64,000 nucleotides of DNA from Candidatus Latescibacterota bacterium (GTDB lineage: Bacteria; Latescibacterota; UBA2968; UBA8231): contig CBDETK010000013.1 in assembly GCA_965242865.1 (NCBI GenBank), positions 960,001 through 1,024,000 of the forward strand, in the 5' to 3' direction. Below the pieces are notes generated by a model. It saw only the letters and a list, made by a program, of their open reading frames with translations. It was not told where the DNA came from and did not search any database. Shown piece after piece: positions 21,855-33,473 of this stretch. Position 1 is the stretch's first letter; every line of letters begins with the position of its first letter. The position numbers and the translations under genes are program-made.

Positions 21855-22715
21855 CTAGGCGCGGCTATAGGTGCGCAGCCGATCGCAGCGGCTGGGGTGC
21901 CGCAAGCGGTGCAGTGCTTTCTCCTTGATTTGCCGAACTCGCTCGCGCGTAAGCCCAAAGCGCATACCGATCTGGTCCAAGGTCATAGGCTCTTCTCCGT
22001 TCAGCCCAAAGTAGAGGCGAAGAATTTCGGCCTCGCGCCCGGTGAGCCGACTCAGCGCCGAGTCAATCTGCCCGCGCAAACAGCCGCGTATGACTTGGTT
22101 TTCGGGAGATTCTTGGCGCTCGTCTGGCAGCACGTCGAGCAGGCTGTGGTCCTCTTCGCCGAAAAAGGCGGCATCGAGCGACCGCATGGACCGGCCGCAC
22201 AGCAAGGTCTCTTTGACCTCTTCGACCGGAACGTCGAGTTGCTCGGCGATAGCTTCCGGGGGAGGATCGCCAGTGCGCTCTTGCTGCAATAGGCGGGACG
22301 CCTTGGATATTTTGTAGAGCAAGCCAACTTTATTCAGGGGCAGGCGGACTGTGCGCGACTGCTCGGCCAGCGTCTGTAGGATGGCTTGGCGGATCCACCA
22401 AACCGCATAGGAAATGAATTTGAACCCCTTGTCTTCGTCAAAGCGCTCGGCCGCCGTGATCAAGCCCACGTTGCCGGCGCCGACCAAATCGGCGAAGGGA
22501 ACGCCGCGATTTTGGTATTCCTTGGCCACGCTGACCACAAAGCGCAAGTTCGCTTCGACTAATCTATTGCGGGCTTGCTCATCCCCTTGCTTGATTTTTC
22601 GCGCCAGATTGACCTCGTCGGCCGGGGAGAGTGGCTTGGAATGGGCAATTTCGGCCAGATAATTCCCAAGGCAATCTTCCATGTCCCAAAATGGAGCTTT
22701 AGTCATCCCCGCCAT
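21855..22715 (-). CDS. RNA polymerase sigma-70 factor, short RpoD/SigA type without region 1.1
   Basis: LVEANLRFVVSVAK, GFKFISYAVWWIRQ, LTRERVRQIKEKAL. Confidence 0.93.
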   Translation of the reverse strand: MAGMTKAPFWDMEDCLGNYLAEIAHSKPLSPADEVNLARKIKQGDEQARNRLVEANLRFVVSVAKEYQNRGVPFADLVGAGNVGLITAAERFDEDKGFKFISYAVWWIRQAILQTLAEQSRTVRLPLNKVGLLYKISKASRLLQQERTGDPPPEAIAEQLDVPVEEVKETLLCGRSMRSLDAAFFGEEDHSLLDVLPDERQESPENQVIRGCLRGQIDSALSRLTGREAEILRLYFGLNGEEPMTLDQIGMRFGLTRERVRQIKEKALHRLRHPSRCDRLRTYSRA

Positions 22716-22787
22716 GGAACCATCCTCTTCGTTTAGAGTGGGGAGGAAAAGGAAAGCTACACGTGCATTGAACTAAAGATGCGTTAT

Positions 22788-22816
22788 AACTTAGCCGGGG
22801 CCACAAAGCCTGTCAA
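22788..22816 (-). promoter_or_regulatory. sigma70-type promoter of the sigma factor gene
   Basis: TTGACA-N17-TAAGTT on minus strand. Confidence 0.55.
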
Positions 22817-22833
22817 GCAATTTCTCCGGCCCC

Positions 22834-23547
22834 CTAAGCCCTCGTAAGTGCGCTTAAAACAGACTGTTGTACGGCCAATAGGCGCTGTATGCCCACAGCG
22901 GCCAAGTCGAGCAACTCAACCGCCTGCGCGCGGGTAAAGGGACGCCCCTCGGCCGTGCCTTGGACTTCGACGATCCCCCCCGAGCCGGTCATAACGACGT
23001 TCATATCGGTTTCGGCGCGGCTGTCTTCCTCATAGCACAGATCCAATAGGGGCTGGTCCCCGATTATCCCGACGCTAATGGCGGCCACTTGCTCGGCGAG
23101 TCCAGCGACTTGGATCGTCTGCAATGCCTCTACCAAAGCCACGTAAGCCCCTGTTATGGAGGCCGTGCGCGTTCCGCCATCGGCCTGTATGACATCGCAA
23201 TCGACATACAGCGTGCGCTCGCCGATTTGCTCCAAATTCACCACAGCGCGCAACGAGCGGCCGATCAGCCGCTGAATCTCCCGCGCCCGGCTATTGGCTC
23301 CACGAGCTACCCGGCGCGCCGAAGAGCCCGGCAGCATGCTGTACTCAGCGGTCAGCCACCCCTTGCCGGTCCCCGCCAGAAAGGGCGGCACGCTATCGAC
23401 GGGCGACACCGTGCAGAGCACCTTGGTATCGCCCAGTTCGATCAGGGCCGATCCAGCGGCCGTTTTTAGGTATTTCGGGGTGATCTGCACCGGCCGCAGT
23501 TGAGCGGGCCGGCGTCCATCGCCGCGCTTCGAGCGGGTCTCACGCAT
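22834..23547 (-). CDS. rph: ribonuclease PH
   Basis: [42 protein letters not shown]. Confidence 0.96.
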   Translation of the reverse strand: MRETRSKRGDGRRPAQLRPVQITPKYLKTAAGSALIELGDTKVLCTVSPVDSVPPFLAGTGKGWLTAEYSMLPGSSARRVARGANSRAREIQRLIGRSLRAVVNLEQIGERTLYVDCDVIQADGGTRTASITGAYVALVEALQTIQVAGLAEQVAAISVGIIGDQPLLDLCYEEDSRAETDMNVVMTGSGGIVEVQGTAEGRPFTRAQAVELLDLAAVGIQRLLAVQQSVLSALTRA

Positions 23548-24364
23548 TGAGATGATCCCGATAATTAGGGCCGTCCATGGGGATGGGTTGGCACATCTCT
23601 ACTAAGCGCGAGTAGATGCGGCCCTTGGCAAAGCCCTTGAGTTCGTCGAGGGGCTGATTCGTGGTAACGACCGTGAACCGCTGGTCGCCGTAACGAGTAT
23701 CGACGAGATCGTAGAGCATTTCCTCTTCCCAATCGGTCCCCCGCTGGACCCCAAAGTCGTCTAGGACGAGGTAAGGCATCTTGCACAGTTCTTCGAGCAT
23801 TGGCCAAGTGCGGCCATAGTGCTCGCTGTCGGCCGAAAAGGTGTCGCGCAACCTGTGGAACGTGCGCGACAAACTGAGAAAGCGACCCGGTTTGGTCCAG
23901 CGCAACATGAGTTCGTTGAGGGCAATACAGCCCACCAAGGTCTTGCCCGTGCCGAGACTTCCGTAGAGGAGATAGCCCCGCTCAGGCTCTTCGGCTGCTC
24001 CGAGCAGATCTTGGTGAATGCGGAGATAGACCGTATTGAATAGGTCAATGGGCGTCCCGTCTGGTGCCGCCATGCGGAAGTCGTCGATGAACTTCCACTT
24101 GAATTTCTCGGGAATCTCGGCTTGGCGAAACAAGCGGTTGGTTTCCGCAATTTTTCGGCGATAGGGACGGCAGGGGCACCACTGATTGCGCGAATCGTCG
24201 TCCCAGTACTGGTACGGTGCCTTCCCTCCACAGCGGCACTCAATGCACTCGCAAAGCCGGAGCGTGCCATAGCGGCCCACCTTGACTATTGGATCGTAGT
24301 ACAGGCCCACACTGCTGCATTTAGAACAACGCGGCGCTTCCCGGCTGGGCGCGGGCAAACTCAC
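23540..24364 (-). CDS. DnaC/IstB-clade AAA+ ATPase with Cys-rich N-terminus
   Basis: [15 protein letters not shown], Walker A GSLGTGKT, Walker B LVLDDFG, TTN, RIYSRL, GPNYR. Confidence 0.82.
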   Translation of the reverse strand: MSLPAPSREAPRCSKCSSVGLYYDPIVKVGRYGTLRLCECIECRCGGKAPYQYWDDDSRNQWCPCRPYRRKIAETNRLFRQAEIPEKFKWKFIDDFRMAAPDGTPIDLFNTVYLRIHQDLLGAAEEPERGYLLYGSLGTGKTLVGCIALNELMLRWTKPGRFLSLSRTFHRLRDTFSADSEHYGRTWPMLEELCKMPYLVLDDFGVQRGTDWEEEMLYDLVDTRYGDQRFTVVTTNQPLDELKGFAKGRIYSRLVEMCQPIPMDGPNYRDHLNA

Positions 24365-24843
24365 CGGTGTCGCTCCTTGAGGGCCCGGTCGACGTCGCGG
24401 GCGGCTTGGCGTTGGGCCAACGCTTGGCGCTTGTCGAACTGCTTCTTGCCGCGGACCAGCGCCAACTCCACCTTCGCTCGGCCGCGCTTAAAGTAAATTT
24501 TCAGGGGTACCAACGTAAGGCCCTGCTGTTGCGTCCTCCCGGTCAGCCGCCGGATTTCGCTGCGGTGCAAGAGCAATTTGCGCACGCGCTCTGGGTCGTG
24601 ATTGAAATTGTTGCCGCGCTCGTACTGGGCAATGTGGACGTTGTGCAGGAAAATTTCGCCCCGCTCAACTAAGGCGAAACTGTCCTTGAGGTTGGCGCGC
24701 CCAGCGCGCAGCGATTTGACTTCCGTGCCCCGCAAGACAATGCCGGTCTCATAGCGGCCCATCACCTCGTAATCGTGCCGGGCTTTGCGGTTTTGTACGG
24801 CGATTAACTCGCGCTCGGCCCCGTTTTCCGTTTTGGCCATCAC
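24361..24843 (-). CDS. smpB: SsrA-binding protein
   Basis: [35 protein letters not shown]. Confidence 0.96.
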   Translation of the reverse strand: MMAKTENGAERELIAVQNRKARHDYEVMGRYETGIVLRGTEVKSLRAGRANLKDSFALVERGEIFLHNVHIAQYERGNNFNHDPERVRKLLLHRSEIRRLTGRTQQQGLTLVPLKIYFKRGRAKVELALVRGKKQFDKRQALAQRQAARDVDRALKERHR

Positions 24844-24870
24844 TCGCCTATTTCCACGAAGAGAGCGGGC

Positions 24871-24899
24871 TTGACGGCTGCCAACCCGCCGCTTAGTTT
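24871..24899 (+). promoter_or_regulatory. promoter of tRNA-Leu
   Basis: TTGACG-N17-TAGTTT. Confidence 0.5.
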
Positions 24900-24915
24900 G
24901 TGCTTCAAGTCAAGT

Positions 24916-25002
24916 GCCGAAGTGGCGAAATTGGTAGACGCGCATGGTTCAGGACCATGTGGGGGCAACCCCGTGGAGGTTCGAGTCCTCTCTTCGGCAC
25001 CA
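24916..25002 (+). tRNA. tRNA-Leu(CAG)
   Basis: GCCGAAG...CTTCGGC-ACCA acceptor, anticodon arm CATGG-TTCAGGA-CCATG, long variable arm, GTTCGAG. Confidence 0.95.
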
Positions 25003-25136
25003 CTTTTTCGCTTTTTTCGCTTTTCACTCCCTAACTGATTTAATCTACGCGCCCCGTTCCAACCCGCGCAAGGGACTGCCAGCCTCCGCAGCAGCCCTTT
25101 TCTTTCTTTATCCAACCTGCGAAAGGATGTCTGTCC

Positions 25137-25514
25137 ATGGCTCGCTTCCTGCACACCCGCATCCGCGTCGGCGATCTCGAGCGCTCTATTGAGTGGTACT
25201 GTACTCACCTTGGCTTTGAGGTCCGCAGCCGCTCCGATAAATCGCCCGCTGGCAACCAAATCGTCCATCTCGAACTGCCCGGCAATGAACACACCCTAGA
25301 GCTGACCTATTCGCCCGACTACCAGCTTGCAGTCCCCGAAGACCTCATGCACCTCGCGATCGCGGTCCCCGACTTGATCGGCTTTTGCGACGCGTTGGAA
25401 AACAACGGGATCGAAATATGGCCGGGCGATTGGCGCACGACGTTTCCCACCGGCCGCAAGATGGCCTTTATCGACGATCCCGACGGCTACGAGATCGAGC
25501 TGCTCGAAGGTTGA
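25137..25514 (+). CDS. VOC family / lactoylglutathione lyase-like protein
   Basis: FLHTRIRVGDLERSI, LELTY, HLAI, FIDDPDGYEIEL. Confidence 0.85.
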   Translation: MARFLHTRIRVGDLERSIEWYCTHLGFEVRSRSDKSPAGNQIVHLELPGNEHTLELTYSPDYQLAVPEDLMHLAIAVPDLIGFCDALENNGIEIWPGDWRTTFPTGRKMAFIDDPDGYEIELLEG

Positions 25515-25515
25515 T

Positions 25516-26946
25516 TTAGCACTGGGGCAAGTACGCGTCGATGAAGTCCCGAGCGGTCCGGCCGCCAACTACATCGTGGTTGTGGCGCAGCCGCCAAACC
25601 TCGAAAGCGGCCAATACGTCTTCTTCCGGCCGGTCGATCCCCGCCCTTCGCGCATAAGACAAGACCATGGCGCGGTATTGCTGCCTACTCGGCAAATCGA
25701 GGAAAATTTTGAGGGCAAAACGGTCGTCGAGGGCCCGCTCTTGATCGAGGCGTTGTAGTTGTTGGGGGTCGTAGAATTCGGCCTGAATGCCTTGGTTGAC
25801 TCGGGTGGGTCGCTCGTCGTCTAGCGGCATCTGGCCCAGCCCTTGCGGGCGCTCGCCCTCCCGGTCGACTAGGTCTTTGTAGTTGGAGGTCGCATAGAAG
25901 ACCAAATTGTCTGGACGCGCTTCCAACCCCCCGTCGAGTACCCGCGAGAGCTCGTGTAAGTTGTCGTCGCCCCGGCCTAGGGACACATTGTCCAAGACCC
26001 CCACAAAGTGCTGGCGACGCCCCCGGACGAGGGTAAAGAGCTCGGGCAAGAGCGGGTAGCAAGACGGGGCGATCTCAATGGCGCGCAGGCCGCGCTCAAA
26101 AAACTGGCCTACTAAAGCGCGTATCAGCGTCGATTTACCGCCGCCTCGCGGCCCCCAGATCAGGGCGTTGTGCGCCCGATACCCGGCGAGAAAATGGCGC
26201 GTATTGTCCTCGAGGACTTGGATTCTCGCTTCGTTGCCCTCCAGCCAGCCGAGGGGAAATTCCGCAAAGTGGCGGATCGGCTCCAAGGTGGGCTCGGCCC
26301 CCCTAGCGACCAAGCGAAAGGCTGGAAATCGGCGCAGCGCACCCCGCCCGTGCTGGTGGATCAAGCAGCCGAGTTCCCCAGCCAGCCCAACCCAATCCTC
26401 GCGGCCGACAAAACGCTCTTTTAGGCGCCCAACGGCTGCGGGTTCCACCCCATCCTCCGGCATGGGGGCCAAAGGCTCTGCAACGCCCCCGATCAGCTGC
26501 AGCCACATCCCCCAAGGGGGCCGAGCCAAGGTCGCGGCACTTTGCAAGTCGCGGCACATAACCTGATGCAGCGCAGCGGGAACATCGGCGGGAGATCGCG
26601 CTTCGCAAGCGCGCAAAAACGGGTGCTCGCCATCGAGGAGCCGGTTGAGCAGCAGCCCTTGTAAATCCGGCGCACCGCCGCCCCAATCGCCGTTGAGTGC
26701 GGCCGCGAGCAGCGCGTCTGAGCAACGCCGATGGTGCGCGGCCAATTCGTCCGCCGCGCACTGCGCTTTTTTGCCGGTCCTCAGCTTAGCGGCACACGCT
26801 TGCGCCGAGTGCAGCAAGGAACGCAACGGTTCAATCTCCGCGGGCTCGAGCAGCCGACTAAAGGGCGACAGCCGGTCCAAGGCCGCGAGCATGGCCTCGA
26901 CTTGGCTGGCGATGGGTAGGGTCTCTTCACTCCTCGTCATTTCCAT
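25516..26946 (-). CDS. DUF815-type AAA+ ATPase
   Basis: NTRHFLAG..HNALIWGPRGGGKS, LDGGLE, YATSN, DRF, GRTARDF. Confidence 0.8.
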   Translation of the reverse strand: MEMTRSEETLPIASQVEAMLAALDRLSPFSRLLEPAEIEPLRSLLHSAQACAAKLRTGKKAQCAADELAAHHRRCSDALLAAALNGDWGGGAPDLQGLLLNRLLDGEHPFLRACEARSPADVPAALHQVMCRDLQSAATLARPPWGMWLQLIGGVAEPLAPMPEDGVEPAAVGRLKERFVGREDWVGLAGELGCLIHQHGRGALRRFPAFRLVARGAEPTLEPIRHFAEFPLGWLEGNEARIQVLEDNTRHFLAGYRAHNALIWGPRGGGKSTLIRALVGQFFERGLRAIEIAPSCYPLLPELFTLVRGRRQHFVGVLDNVSLGRGDDNLHELSRVLDGGLEARPDNLVFYATSNYKDLVDREGERPQGLGQMPLDDERPTRVNQGIQAEFYDPQQLQRLDQERALDDRFALKIFLDLPSRQQYRAMVLSYARRAGIDRPEEDVLAAFEVWRLRHNHDVVGGRTARDFIDAYLPQC

Positions 26947-27067
26947 ACAAAACCTAAACTATTATAATTCACTGCTAGATGGGTTTCTGGGCTTTCCCGC
27001 AGGAAAGAATTTGCCACACTGCCACACGTAAACGTCGTAGCGAGCAGCCGTTGTCGAGGAAAGGAAC

Positions 27068-27141
27068 TACCCCCGGGCGGATTCGAACCGCCGACCCACA
27101 GATTAGGAATCTGTTGCTCTATCCTGCTGAGCTACGGGGGT
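27068..27141 (-). tRNA. tRNA-Arg(CCT), CCA not encoded
   Basis: ACCCCCGTAGCTCAGCAGGATAGAGCAACAGATTCCTAATCTGTGGGTCGGCGGTTCGAATCCGCCCGGGGGTA. Confidence 0.93.
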
Positions 27142-27161
27142 TAGTAGGAGGGACGCCATTC

Positions 27162-27190
27162 ATACTAGGCTGCCAGAGACTCAAAGTCAA
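27162..27190 (-). promoter_or_regulatory. promoter of tRNA-Arg
   Basis: TTGACT-N17-TAGTAT; divergent from a TTGACA at 27215 ahead of the act operon. Confidence 0.55.
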
Positions 27191-27309
27191 ATGCCCAGGT
27201 TTTTATCGCATCTGTTGACACCAAACTAAACTGGCCTAATTTACAAGACTGTTTTGGCCAGCGATTGAAGGCCAGGCCGGCTTTTTTCAACCTCAGCTAA
27301 ACTAAAAAC

Positions 27310-27966
27310 ATGGCTCAAGTATTCCCGCGCAGCGCCAACTGGGCTTCTAAGGCCAGCATCCTCGTCGGCCTCGTCCTAGTCGGCAGTATCCTCGGTATCG
27401 TCCTCAACATCAATCGCATTTACTTCGTCAACCAAGTCAACGTGCCCGTTGACCAGCCCGTTCCCTTCAGCCACAAACACCACGTCACCGGCATGGGGAT
27501 CGACTGCCGCTATTGCCATACCACCGTCGAGGAAAGTGCTTTTGCCGGCATTCCCCCGACCGAAACCTGCATGACCTGTCACTCGCAAATCTGGACCGAA
27601 GCACCCATCCTCGAACCGGTGCGCGCCAGCTTCCGCGACGGCGTGCCCATCAAATGGAATCGCGTCCACGACTTGCCGGACTTCACCTATTTCAACCACA
27701 GCATCCACGTCAACCAAGGTATTGGCTGCCAGTCCTGTCACGGCCAAGTCGATCAAATGCCCCTGATATGGAAAGCCGAATCCCTGAATATGGAGTGGTG
27801 TCTCGATTGCCACCGCGACCCCGCCCAGTACATCCGCCCCCGCGACCAAGTCTTTAACATGAACTACCAGTATCCAGCCGACCAAGAACGCTTGGGGGCG
27901 CAACTCGTCGCCGAATACGATGTGCAGACCAGTCAACTCACCAACTGCTCTATCTGCCACCGCTAA
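27310..27966 (+). CDS. actA: alternative complex III pentaheme cytochrome c
   Basis: N-terminal TM, QPVPFSH, five CxxCH motifs. Confidence 0.92.
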   Translation: MAQVFPRSANWASKASILVGLVLVGSILGIVLNINRIYFVNQVNVPVDQPVPFSHKHHVTGMGIDCRYCHTTVEESAFAGIPPTETCMTCHSQIWTEAPILEPVRASFRDGVPIKWNRVHDLPDFTYFNHSIHVNQGIGCQSCHGQVDQMPLIWKAESLNMEWCLDCHRDPAQYIRPRDQVFNMNYQYPADQERLGAQLVAEYDVQTSQLTNCSICHR

Positions 27967-27974
27967 CCGCTAAT

Positions 27975-30956
27975 ATGGAAACCAGAAAAAACATCGATCT
28001 CTCGGCCCTCCGCTCCCGTCTCAAAGCCGCCCAAGGCCCCGAGTACTGGCGCAGCCTAGACCAACTGGCGCAGACCGAAGAATTTGCCGCCATGGTCCAG
28101 CGCGAGTTCCCCGAGCAAGCGGCCGAGTTGAAGGATCCGGTCAGTCGGCGGAATTTTCTCAAGCTGATGAGCGCATCGCTGGCACTGGGCGGGCTTTCGG
28201 GCTGCACGATTCAACCCAGCGAAAAAATCGTCCCCCAAGTTCGGGTGCCCGAAGACGTCGTTCCCGGCAAGCCCCAGTACTTTGCCTCGGCCGCCTCGCT
28301 CGGCGGCATCGGCACGGGCATCCTAGTCGAGAGCCATCAGGGGCGACCGACCAAAATTGAGGGCAATCCCGAGCATCCCTCCGGCAGCCGAGGCTCCAAC
28401 GCGCTCGTCCAAGCTTCGATTCTCGACCTCTACGACCCGGACCGGTCGCAAACGGTCAAAAACGCCGGTCGCATCAGCACTTGGAACATCTTCCTAGCCG
28501 ATCTGACGCAGCGGCTGAGCTCACACGAGGCCAACGGCGGGGCCGGCCTGCGCCTCCTGACCCAGACGGTGACTTCCCCGACCCTCGGGCACCAGTTGCA
28601 GGCCCTGCGGGCCAAATTCCCCCAAGCCCAGTGGCACCAGTACGAACCTGTTAATCGCGACAACGCCCGCGCTGGAGCGCAAATGGCCTTTGGCCAGCCG
28701 GTGCATGCGTTTTACGACCTAGCCAACGCTAAGGTGATTCTATCGCTGGACGCGGACTTTACCTACAGCACTCCCGGCAATGTCCGCCACGCTCGGGACC
28801 TAGCGGCCGGCCGCCGCTTTCACAACAACGCCCAAGCCAGCAATCGGCTCTATGCGGTCGAGAGCAGTCCAACGGCTACGGGCAGCGTAGCCGATCACCG
28901 CTGGGCGCTGGGCACGGCGCATATCGAAGCCTTGGCCCTAAAGGTGGCGCAAGGGCTTGGCATCGGCTGGGAGGGGCCGAGCGTTCCCGCCGACTTCTCC
29001 GCGCACGACGCTTGGATTGCCGCCCTAATTGACGACCTAAAAGCCCACCGCGGTCAAAGCCTGGTGCTCGCCGGCGACCAGCAAGCTCCGGCCGTCCACG
29101 CTTTGGCCCATGCGATCAACCACGCCCTAGGCAATGCGGGTGCCACCGTCCACTACACTGACCCCGTCGAAGTCGAGTCGGTTGATCAGCGCGAGTCGCT
29201 AGCCGCTTTAGTCGCCGACATGAAGGCCGGCCAAGTCGAGTCTTTGTTCATCCTCGGCGGCAATCCAGTGTACGACGCACCCGTGGATCTCGACTTGGCG
29301 GCCGCGCTCGACCAGGTCGGCTACCGCGTCCACCTCGGCCTGTACGACAACGAAACGTCGGAACGCTGCCACTGGCACATCCCAGAATCTCACTTTCTCG
29401 AAGCGTGGAGCGACACCCGCGCCCACGACGGGCTCGCCACAATTGTCCAGCCGCTGATTCGCCCGCTCTACAAAACCAAATCAGCGCACGACTGCTTGGC
29501 GGTCCTCACCGGCCAGCCCGGGGTCCCCGATCGCGAAATCGTGCGCCAGTACTGGGCGGACCAAGGGCTCGATGCGGCGGCTTGGCGTCGCGCCCTGCAC
29601 GACGGCTTTGTCGCCGGTGCCCGCCCCCAAGCCCAAGCCGCCCCCCTAGGGCCGCTGCGGCTGCCGGCAACGACCGGACGCCTTCCCGCCGAAGAAGACC
29701 TCGAAATCCACTTTCGGCCCGATCCCATGGTGTGGGACGGCCGCTTTACCAACAACGCTTGGCTCCAAGAGACCCCCAAGCCCATCACCAAGCTCACTTG
29801 GGACAACGCCGTCCTCGTCAGCCCGGCCACGGCCGAGCACCTGCGGCTCAAGAGCGAATTCCTCGCCGAACTGCGCTTTGACGGGCGGGTGCTCAAGGCC
29901 GCGGTGTGGGTCGTGCCCGGCCAAGCCGACGGCGTCGCCACCTTGCACTTGGGCTACGGACAAAAGCGCAGCGGCCGCATCGGGCGCGACGCCGGCTTCA
30001 ACGCTTATGCCCTGCGGCCTACGGCGGCCCTGTGGAGCGGCGTCGGCCTCCAACTCAGCGGCTCCTACGACCGCTATCGCCTCGCCTGCACGCAAGACCA
30101 TCACAACATGGAAGGCCGCAACCTCGTGCGCCAAGCCTCGCTGGACTACTACCAAGCGCATCCGCACTTTGCCCACGAGGGCGTCCACGACCCGCCCGAT
30201 GACTTGACCCTGCACAACCGCACGGATCACCAGTACACAGGCTATGCTTGGGGCATGGTGATCGATCTAGGCTCCTGCATCGGCTGCAATGCGTGTGCAA
30301 CGGCCTGCCAAGCCGAAAACAACATCCCCATCGTGGGCAAGGACGAAGTCCTCAACGGCCGCGAAATGTCTTGGATTCGCGTCGATCGCTACTACAAGGG
30401 GGCGCTCGACCGCCCCGAGATCGCGCACCAGCCCGTGCCCTGCATGCAGTGCGAAAACGCCCCTTGCGAGCTGGTCTGCCCGGTCGCGGCGACGACCCAC
30501 AGCGACGAGGGCCTCAACGACATGGTGTACAATCGCTGCGTGGGCACCCGCTACTGCGCCAACAACTGCCCCTACAAGGTTCGGCGCTTCAACTTCCTCC
30601 AATACGCCGACCGCGATACCGAAAGCCTAAAATTGCAGCGCAATCCAGACGTCACCACCCGCGCCCGCGGCGTCATGGAAAAATGCACGTACTGCGTCCA
30701 GCGCATCAATCAAGCGCGCATTGAGGCCAAAAAGGCCAAGCGCCCCATCGGCGATGGCGAGATCGCCACCGCCTGCGAGCAAGCCTGTCCCACCGAGTCC
30801 ATCGTCTTCGGGGACATCAACGACCCCGAAAGCCGCGTCTCCGCGCTCAAGGCATCTCCGCTCAACTACGGCATCCTCACCGAGCTGAACACGCGCCCCC
30901 GCACCACGTACTTAGCCGGCATCAAAAACCCCAATCCAAAAATCGCCGAGGCTTAG
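27975..30956 (+). CDS. actB: alternative complex III molybdopterin-oxidoreductase-like/Fe-S subunit
   Basis: YWRSL, Tat [48 protein letters not shown]. Confidence 0.93.
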   Translation: METRKNIDLSALRSRLKAAQGPEYWRSLDQLAQTEEFAAMVQREFPEQAAELKDPVSRRNFLKLMSASLALGGLSGCTIQPSEKIVPQVRVPEDVVPGKPQYFASAASLGGIGTGILVESHQGRPTKIEGNPEHPSGSRGSNALVQASILDLYDPDRSQTVKNAGRISTWNIFLADLTQRLSSHEANGGAGLRLLTQTVTSPTLGHQLQALRAKFPQAQWHQYEPVNRDNARAGAQMAFGQPVHAFYDLANAKVILSLDADFTYSTPGNVRHARDLAAGRRFHNNAQASNRLYAVESSPTATGSVADHRWALGTAHIEALALKVAQGLGIGWEGPSVPADFSAHDAWIAALIDDLKAHRGQSLVLAGDQQAPAVHALAHAINHALGNAGATVHYTDPVEVESVDQRESLAALVADMKAGQVESLFILGGNPVYDAPVDLDLAAALDQVGYRVHLGLYDNETSERCHWHIPESHFLEAWSDTRAHDGLATIVQPLIRPLYKTKSAHDCLAVLTGQPGVPDREIVRQYWADQGLDAAAWRRALHDGFVAGARPQAQAAPLGPLRLPATTGRLPAEEDLEIHFRPDPMVWDGRFTNNAWLQETPKPITKLTWDNAVLVSPATAEHLRLKSEFLAELRFDGRVLKAAVWVVPGQADGVATLHLGYGQKRSGRIGRDAGFNAYALRPTAALWSGVGLQLSGSYDRYRLACTQDHHNMEGRNLVRQASLDYYQAHPHFAHEGVHDPPDDLTLHNRTDHQYTGYAWGMVIDLGSCIGCNACATACQAENNIPIVGKDEVLNGREMSWIRVDRYYKGALDRPEIAHQPVPCMQCENAPCELVCPVAATTHSDEGLNDMVYNRCVGTRYCANNCPYKVRRFNFLQYADRDTESLKLQRNPDVTTRARGVMEKCTYCVQRINQARIEAKKAKRPIGDGEIATACEQACPTESIVFGDINDPESRVSALKASPLNYGILTELNTRPRTTYLAGIKNPNPKIAEA

Positions 30957-30957
30957 C

Positions 30958-32331
30958 ATGTCCGAAACTGCGAAAACGCCTTACCGCCCCCCAGTGTCGG
31001 AACTCGGCCCGAGCCAGACTTCGTACACCTCCATCACCGACAAAATCAGCGGAATCGTCCTGACCAAAAACACGCCGCTGGCGTGGTTTCTTTGCTTTGC
31101 TTTGGGCTTTTTGCTGCTGCACGGGCTCATGATCGGCGTTCCCTACCTGCTCTTTGAGGGCGTGGGCATCTGGGGCATCAACAATCCGGTCGGCTGGGGG
31201 TGGGCCATCATCAACTTTGTCTGGTGGATCGGCATCGGCCACGCCGGCACCCTGATCTCGGCGATTCTACTGTTGTTCCGGCAGCGGTGGCGCACCTCGA
31301 TCAACCGCGCGGCCGAGGCCATGACCATCTTTGCCGTGCTCTGCGCTGCCCAGTTTCCGCTCTTTCACACCGGGCGGCCTTGGCTGGCCTGCTACTGGCT
31401 GTTGCCCTATCCCAACTCCATGGACCTCTGGCCGCAATTCCGCAGCCCCCTGATCTGGGACGTCTTCGCGGTCTCGACCTATCTGACCGTGTCGCTGGTC
31501 TTTTGGTTCGTCGGCTTAGTTCCCGACTTAGCGAGCCTGCGCGACCGCGCCAAAAACCGCCTAGCCCAAGTGCTCTACGGCGTCCTCGCGCTGGGCTGGC
31601 GCGGCTCGGCCATTCACTGGGAGCGCTACGAAATGGCGTCCCTGTTGCTGGCCGGCCTCTCCACGCCCCTGGTGCTCTCGGTCCACAGCGTCGTCAGTTT
31701 CGACTTTGCCGTCGGCCTGATACCCGGCTGGCACACGACCATATTCCCCCCCTACTTCGTCGCCGGGGCCATCTATGCGGGCTTTGCCATGGTCCTGACC
31801 TTGATGATCCCCATGCGCCTCATCTATGGATTGGACGACTTCATAACCGAGCGCCACCTCAACAACATGGCCAAAGTCATGCTGGCGTCCGGGCTGATCG
31901 TGGGATATGGCTACTTCATGGAGCAATTCATAGCCTGGTACAGCGCCAGTGTCTTTGAGGGCTATATGATGGAAAACCGCATGCACGGCCCGTACGGCCC
32001 CTTCTACTGGGCCTTGATCGTCTGCAACATAGCCGTGCCCCAACTCCTTTGGTTTAGGCACTTTCGCACGAGCATGTTCTGGCTATTCTTCATTTCCCAA
32101 TTCATCAACATCGGCATGTGGCTGGAGCGCTTCATCATCGTCGTCACGAGCCTACACCGAGATTTTATGCCCTCTTCTTGGGACATGTTCCACCCGACTA
32201 TCTGGGACATTGCCATCTACGCGGGGACCATCGGCTTGTTCATCGTCCTGTTTTTTCTCTTCATCCGCGGCTTACCCATGATTTCCATCCACGAGATCCG
32301 CAATCTGCTGGTCTCTGGCGACCACAAGTGA
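30958..32331 (+). CDS. actC: alternative complex III quinol-oxidising NrfD-family subunit
   Basis: [44 protein letters not shown]. Confidence 0.93.
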   Translation: MSETAKTPYRPPVSELGPSQTSYTSITDKISGIVLTKNTPLAWFLCFALGFLLLHGLMIGVPYLLFEGVGIWGINNPVGWGWAIINFVWWIGIGHAGTLISAILLLFRQRWRTSINRAAEAMTIFAVLCAAQFPLFHTGRPWLACYWLLPYPNSMDLWPQFRSPLIWDVFAVSTYLTVSLVFWFVGLVPDLASLRDRAKNRLAQVLYGVLALGWRGSAIHWERYEMASLLLAGLSTPLVLSVHSVVSFDFAVGLIPGWHTTIFPPYFVAGAIYAGFAMVLTLMIPMRLIYGLDDFITERHLNNMAKVMLASGLIVGYGYFMEQFIAWYSASVFEGYMMENRMHGPYGPFYWALIVCNIAVPQLLWFRHFRTSMFWLFFISQFINIGMWLERFIIVVTSLHRDFMPSSWDMFHPTIWDIAIYAGTIGLFIVLFFLFIRGLPMISIHEIRNLLVSGDHK

Positions 32332-32341
32332 GCCATTGATT

Positions 32342-32887
32342 ATGCAGCAGCCCCCCCAATCAACGCCCTACGGCCTGCTGGCCGAATTTGAATCCCCGGA
32401 CGACTTGCTGGCCTCGGCTAAGGCGACCTTTGCGGCCGGCTACCGCAAGATCGACGCTTATTCGCCCATGCCCATCCACGGCTTGGGCGCGGCGATTGGC
32501 TTTCCCCGCACCCGGTTGCCTTGGCTGGTGTTCGCCTTTGGCCTACTCGGCGCCATCACCGGCTACGGCCTGTGCTATTGGGTCTCGGTCATCGACTATC
32601 CGCTCAATATCGCCGGCAAGCCCTTGCACAGCGGGCCGATGTTCATTCCGGTGACCTTTGAGCTGACCATCCTCTTTGCCGCTCTCAGCGCGGCCTTTGG
32701 CATGTTCATCGCCAACGGCCTGCCCCAGCCCTATCACCCGGTCTTCAACGCGCCCAATTTCGGCCGCGCCAGCCAAGACCGCTTCTTTCTCTGCATTGAG
32801 GCCGAAGACCCCCAGTTCGACCGCCAAAAAACCGAGGAATTTCTGCGCGGCCTAAATCCGCACGAGGTTGTCGAAGTTGAAAACTGA
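32342..32887 (+). CDS. actD: alternative complex III subunit D (DUF3341)
   Basis: DAYSPMPIHG, DYPLNIAGKP, FIPVTFELTIL. Confidence 0.9.
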   Translation: MQQPPQSTPYGLLAEFESPDDLLASAKATFAAGYRKIDAYSPMPIHGLGAAIGFPRTRLPWLVFAFGLLGAITGYGLCYWVSVIDYPLNIAGKPLHSGPMFIPVTFELTILFAALSAAFGMFIANGLPQPYHPVFNAPNFGRASQDRFFLCIEAEDPQFDRQKTEEFLRGLNPHEVVEVEN

Positions 32888-32888
32888 A

Positions 32889-33473
32889 ATGACCAACGCC
32901 CGCCGACGGCCCGCGGCCCTGTTGGGAGCGGCGCTGTTGCTGATTGGCACGGCCGGTTGCGAGCTGCGGCAGGCCATGTACAATCAAGAAAAATACGAGC
33001 CGCTAGAGGCCTCGGCGTTCTTTGCCGACGGCCTGTCCTTTCGCCCGCAGGTAGAAGGCACGGTGGCGCGCGGGCACCTGAGGCTCGACGAGCATTTCTA
33101 CCAAGGCACAGTGCAAGGCCAGCTCGCCGAGACCTTGCCGGTGCCCGTGGACCGCCCGCTGCTAGAGCGCGGCCGCGCGCGCTACGACATTTTCTGCGCC
33201 CCCTGCCACGACCGGACGGGCGCGGGCAACGGCCTGATCGTCCAGCGGGGGCTCAAGCAGCCGCCGAGTTTTCACCAAGAGCGGCTGCGCGAGGTCCCGG
33301 TCGGCCACTTCTACGATGTCATTACCAATGGCTTTGGCGTCATGTATAGCTACGCCTCTCGCATCCCCGTGGCCGACCGCTGGGCCATCGTCGCCTATCT
33401 CAAGGTGTTACAGCTAAGCCAGAACCTCGAATGGGACCAACTGCCGGCCGAGGACCAAAGGCAACTTCAATGA
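32889..33473 (+). CDS. actE: alternative complex III monoheme cytochrome c lipoprotein
   Basis: Lipobox TAGC, GTVARG, CAPCH, DRWAIVAY. Confidence 0.9.
   Translation: MTNARRRPAALLGAALLLIGTAGCELRQAMYNQEKYEPLEASAFFADGLSFRPQVEGTVARGHLRLDEHFYQGTVQGQLAETLPVPVDRPLLERGRARYDIFCAPCHDRTGAGNGLIVQRGLKQPPSFHQERLREVPVGHFYDVITNGFGVMYSYASRIPVADRWAIVAYLKVLQLSQNLEWDQLPAEDQRQLQ

Noticed and set aside
23540-24364. IS21 element
   Set aside because: No IstA transposase or terminal repeats; gene overlaps core genes
24840-25292. 150-aa ORF across tRNA-Leu; tmRNA near smpB
   Set aside because: ORF is antisense to the tRNA and VOC gene; no tmRNA ends or tag frame recognised
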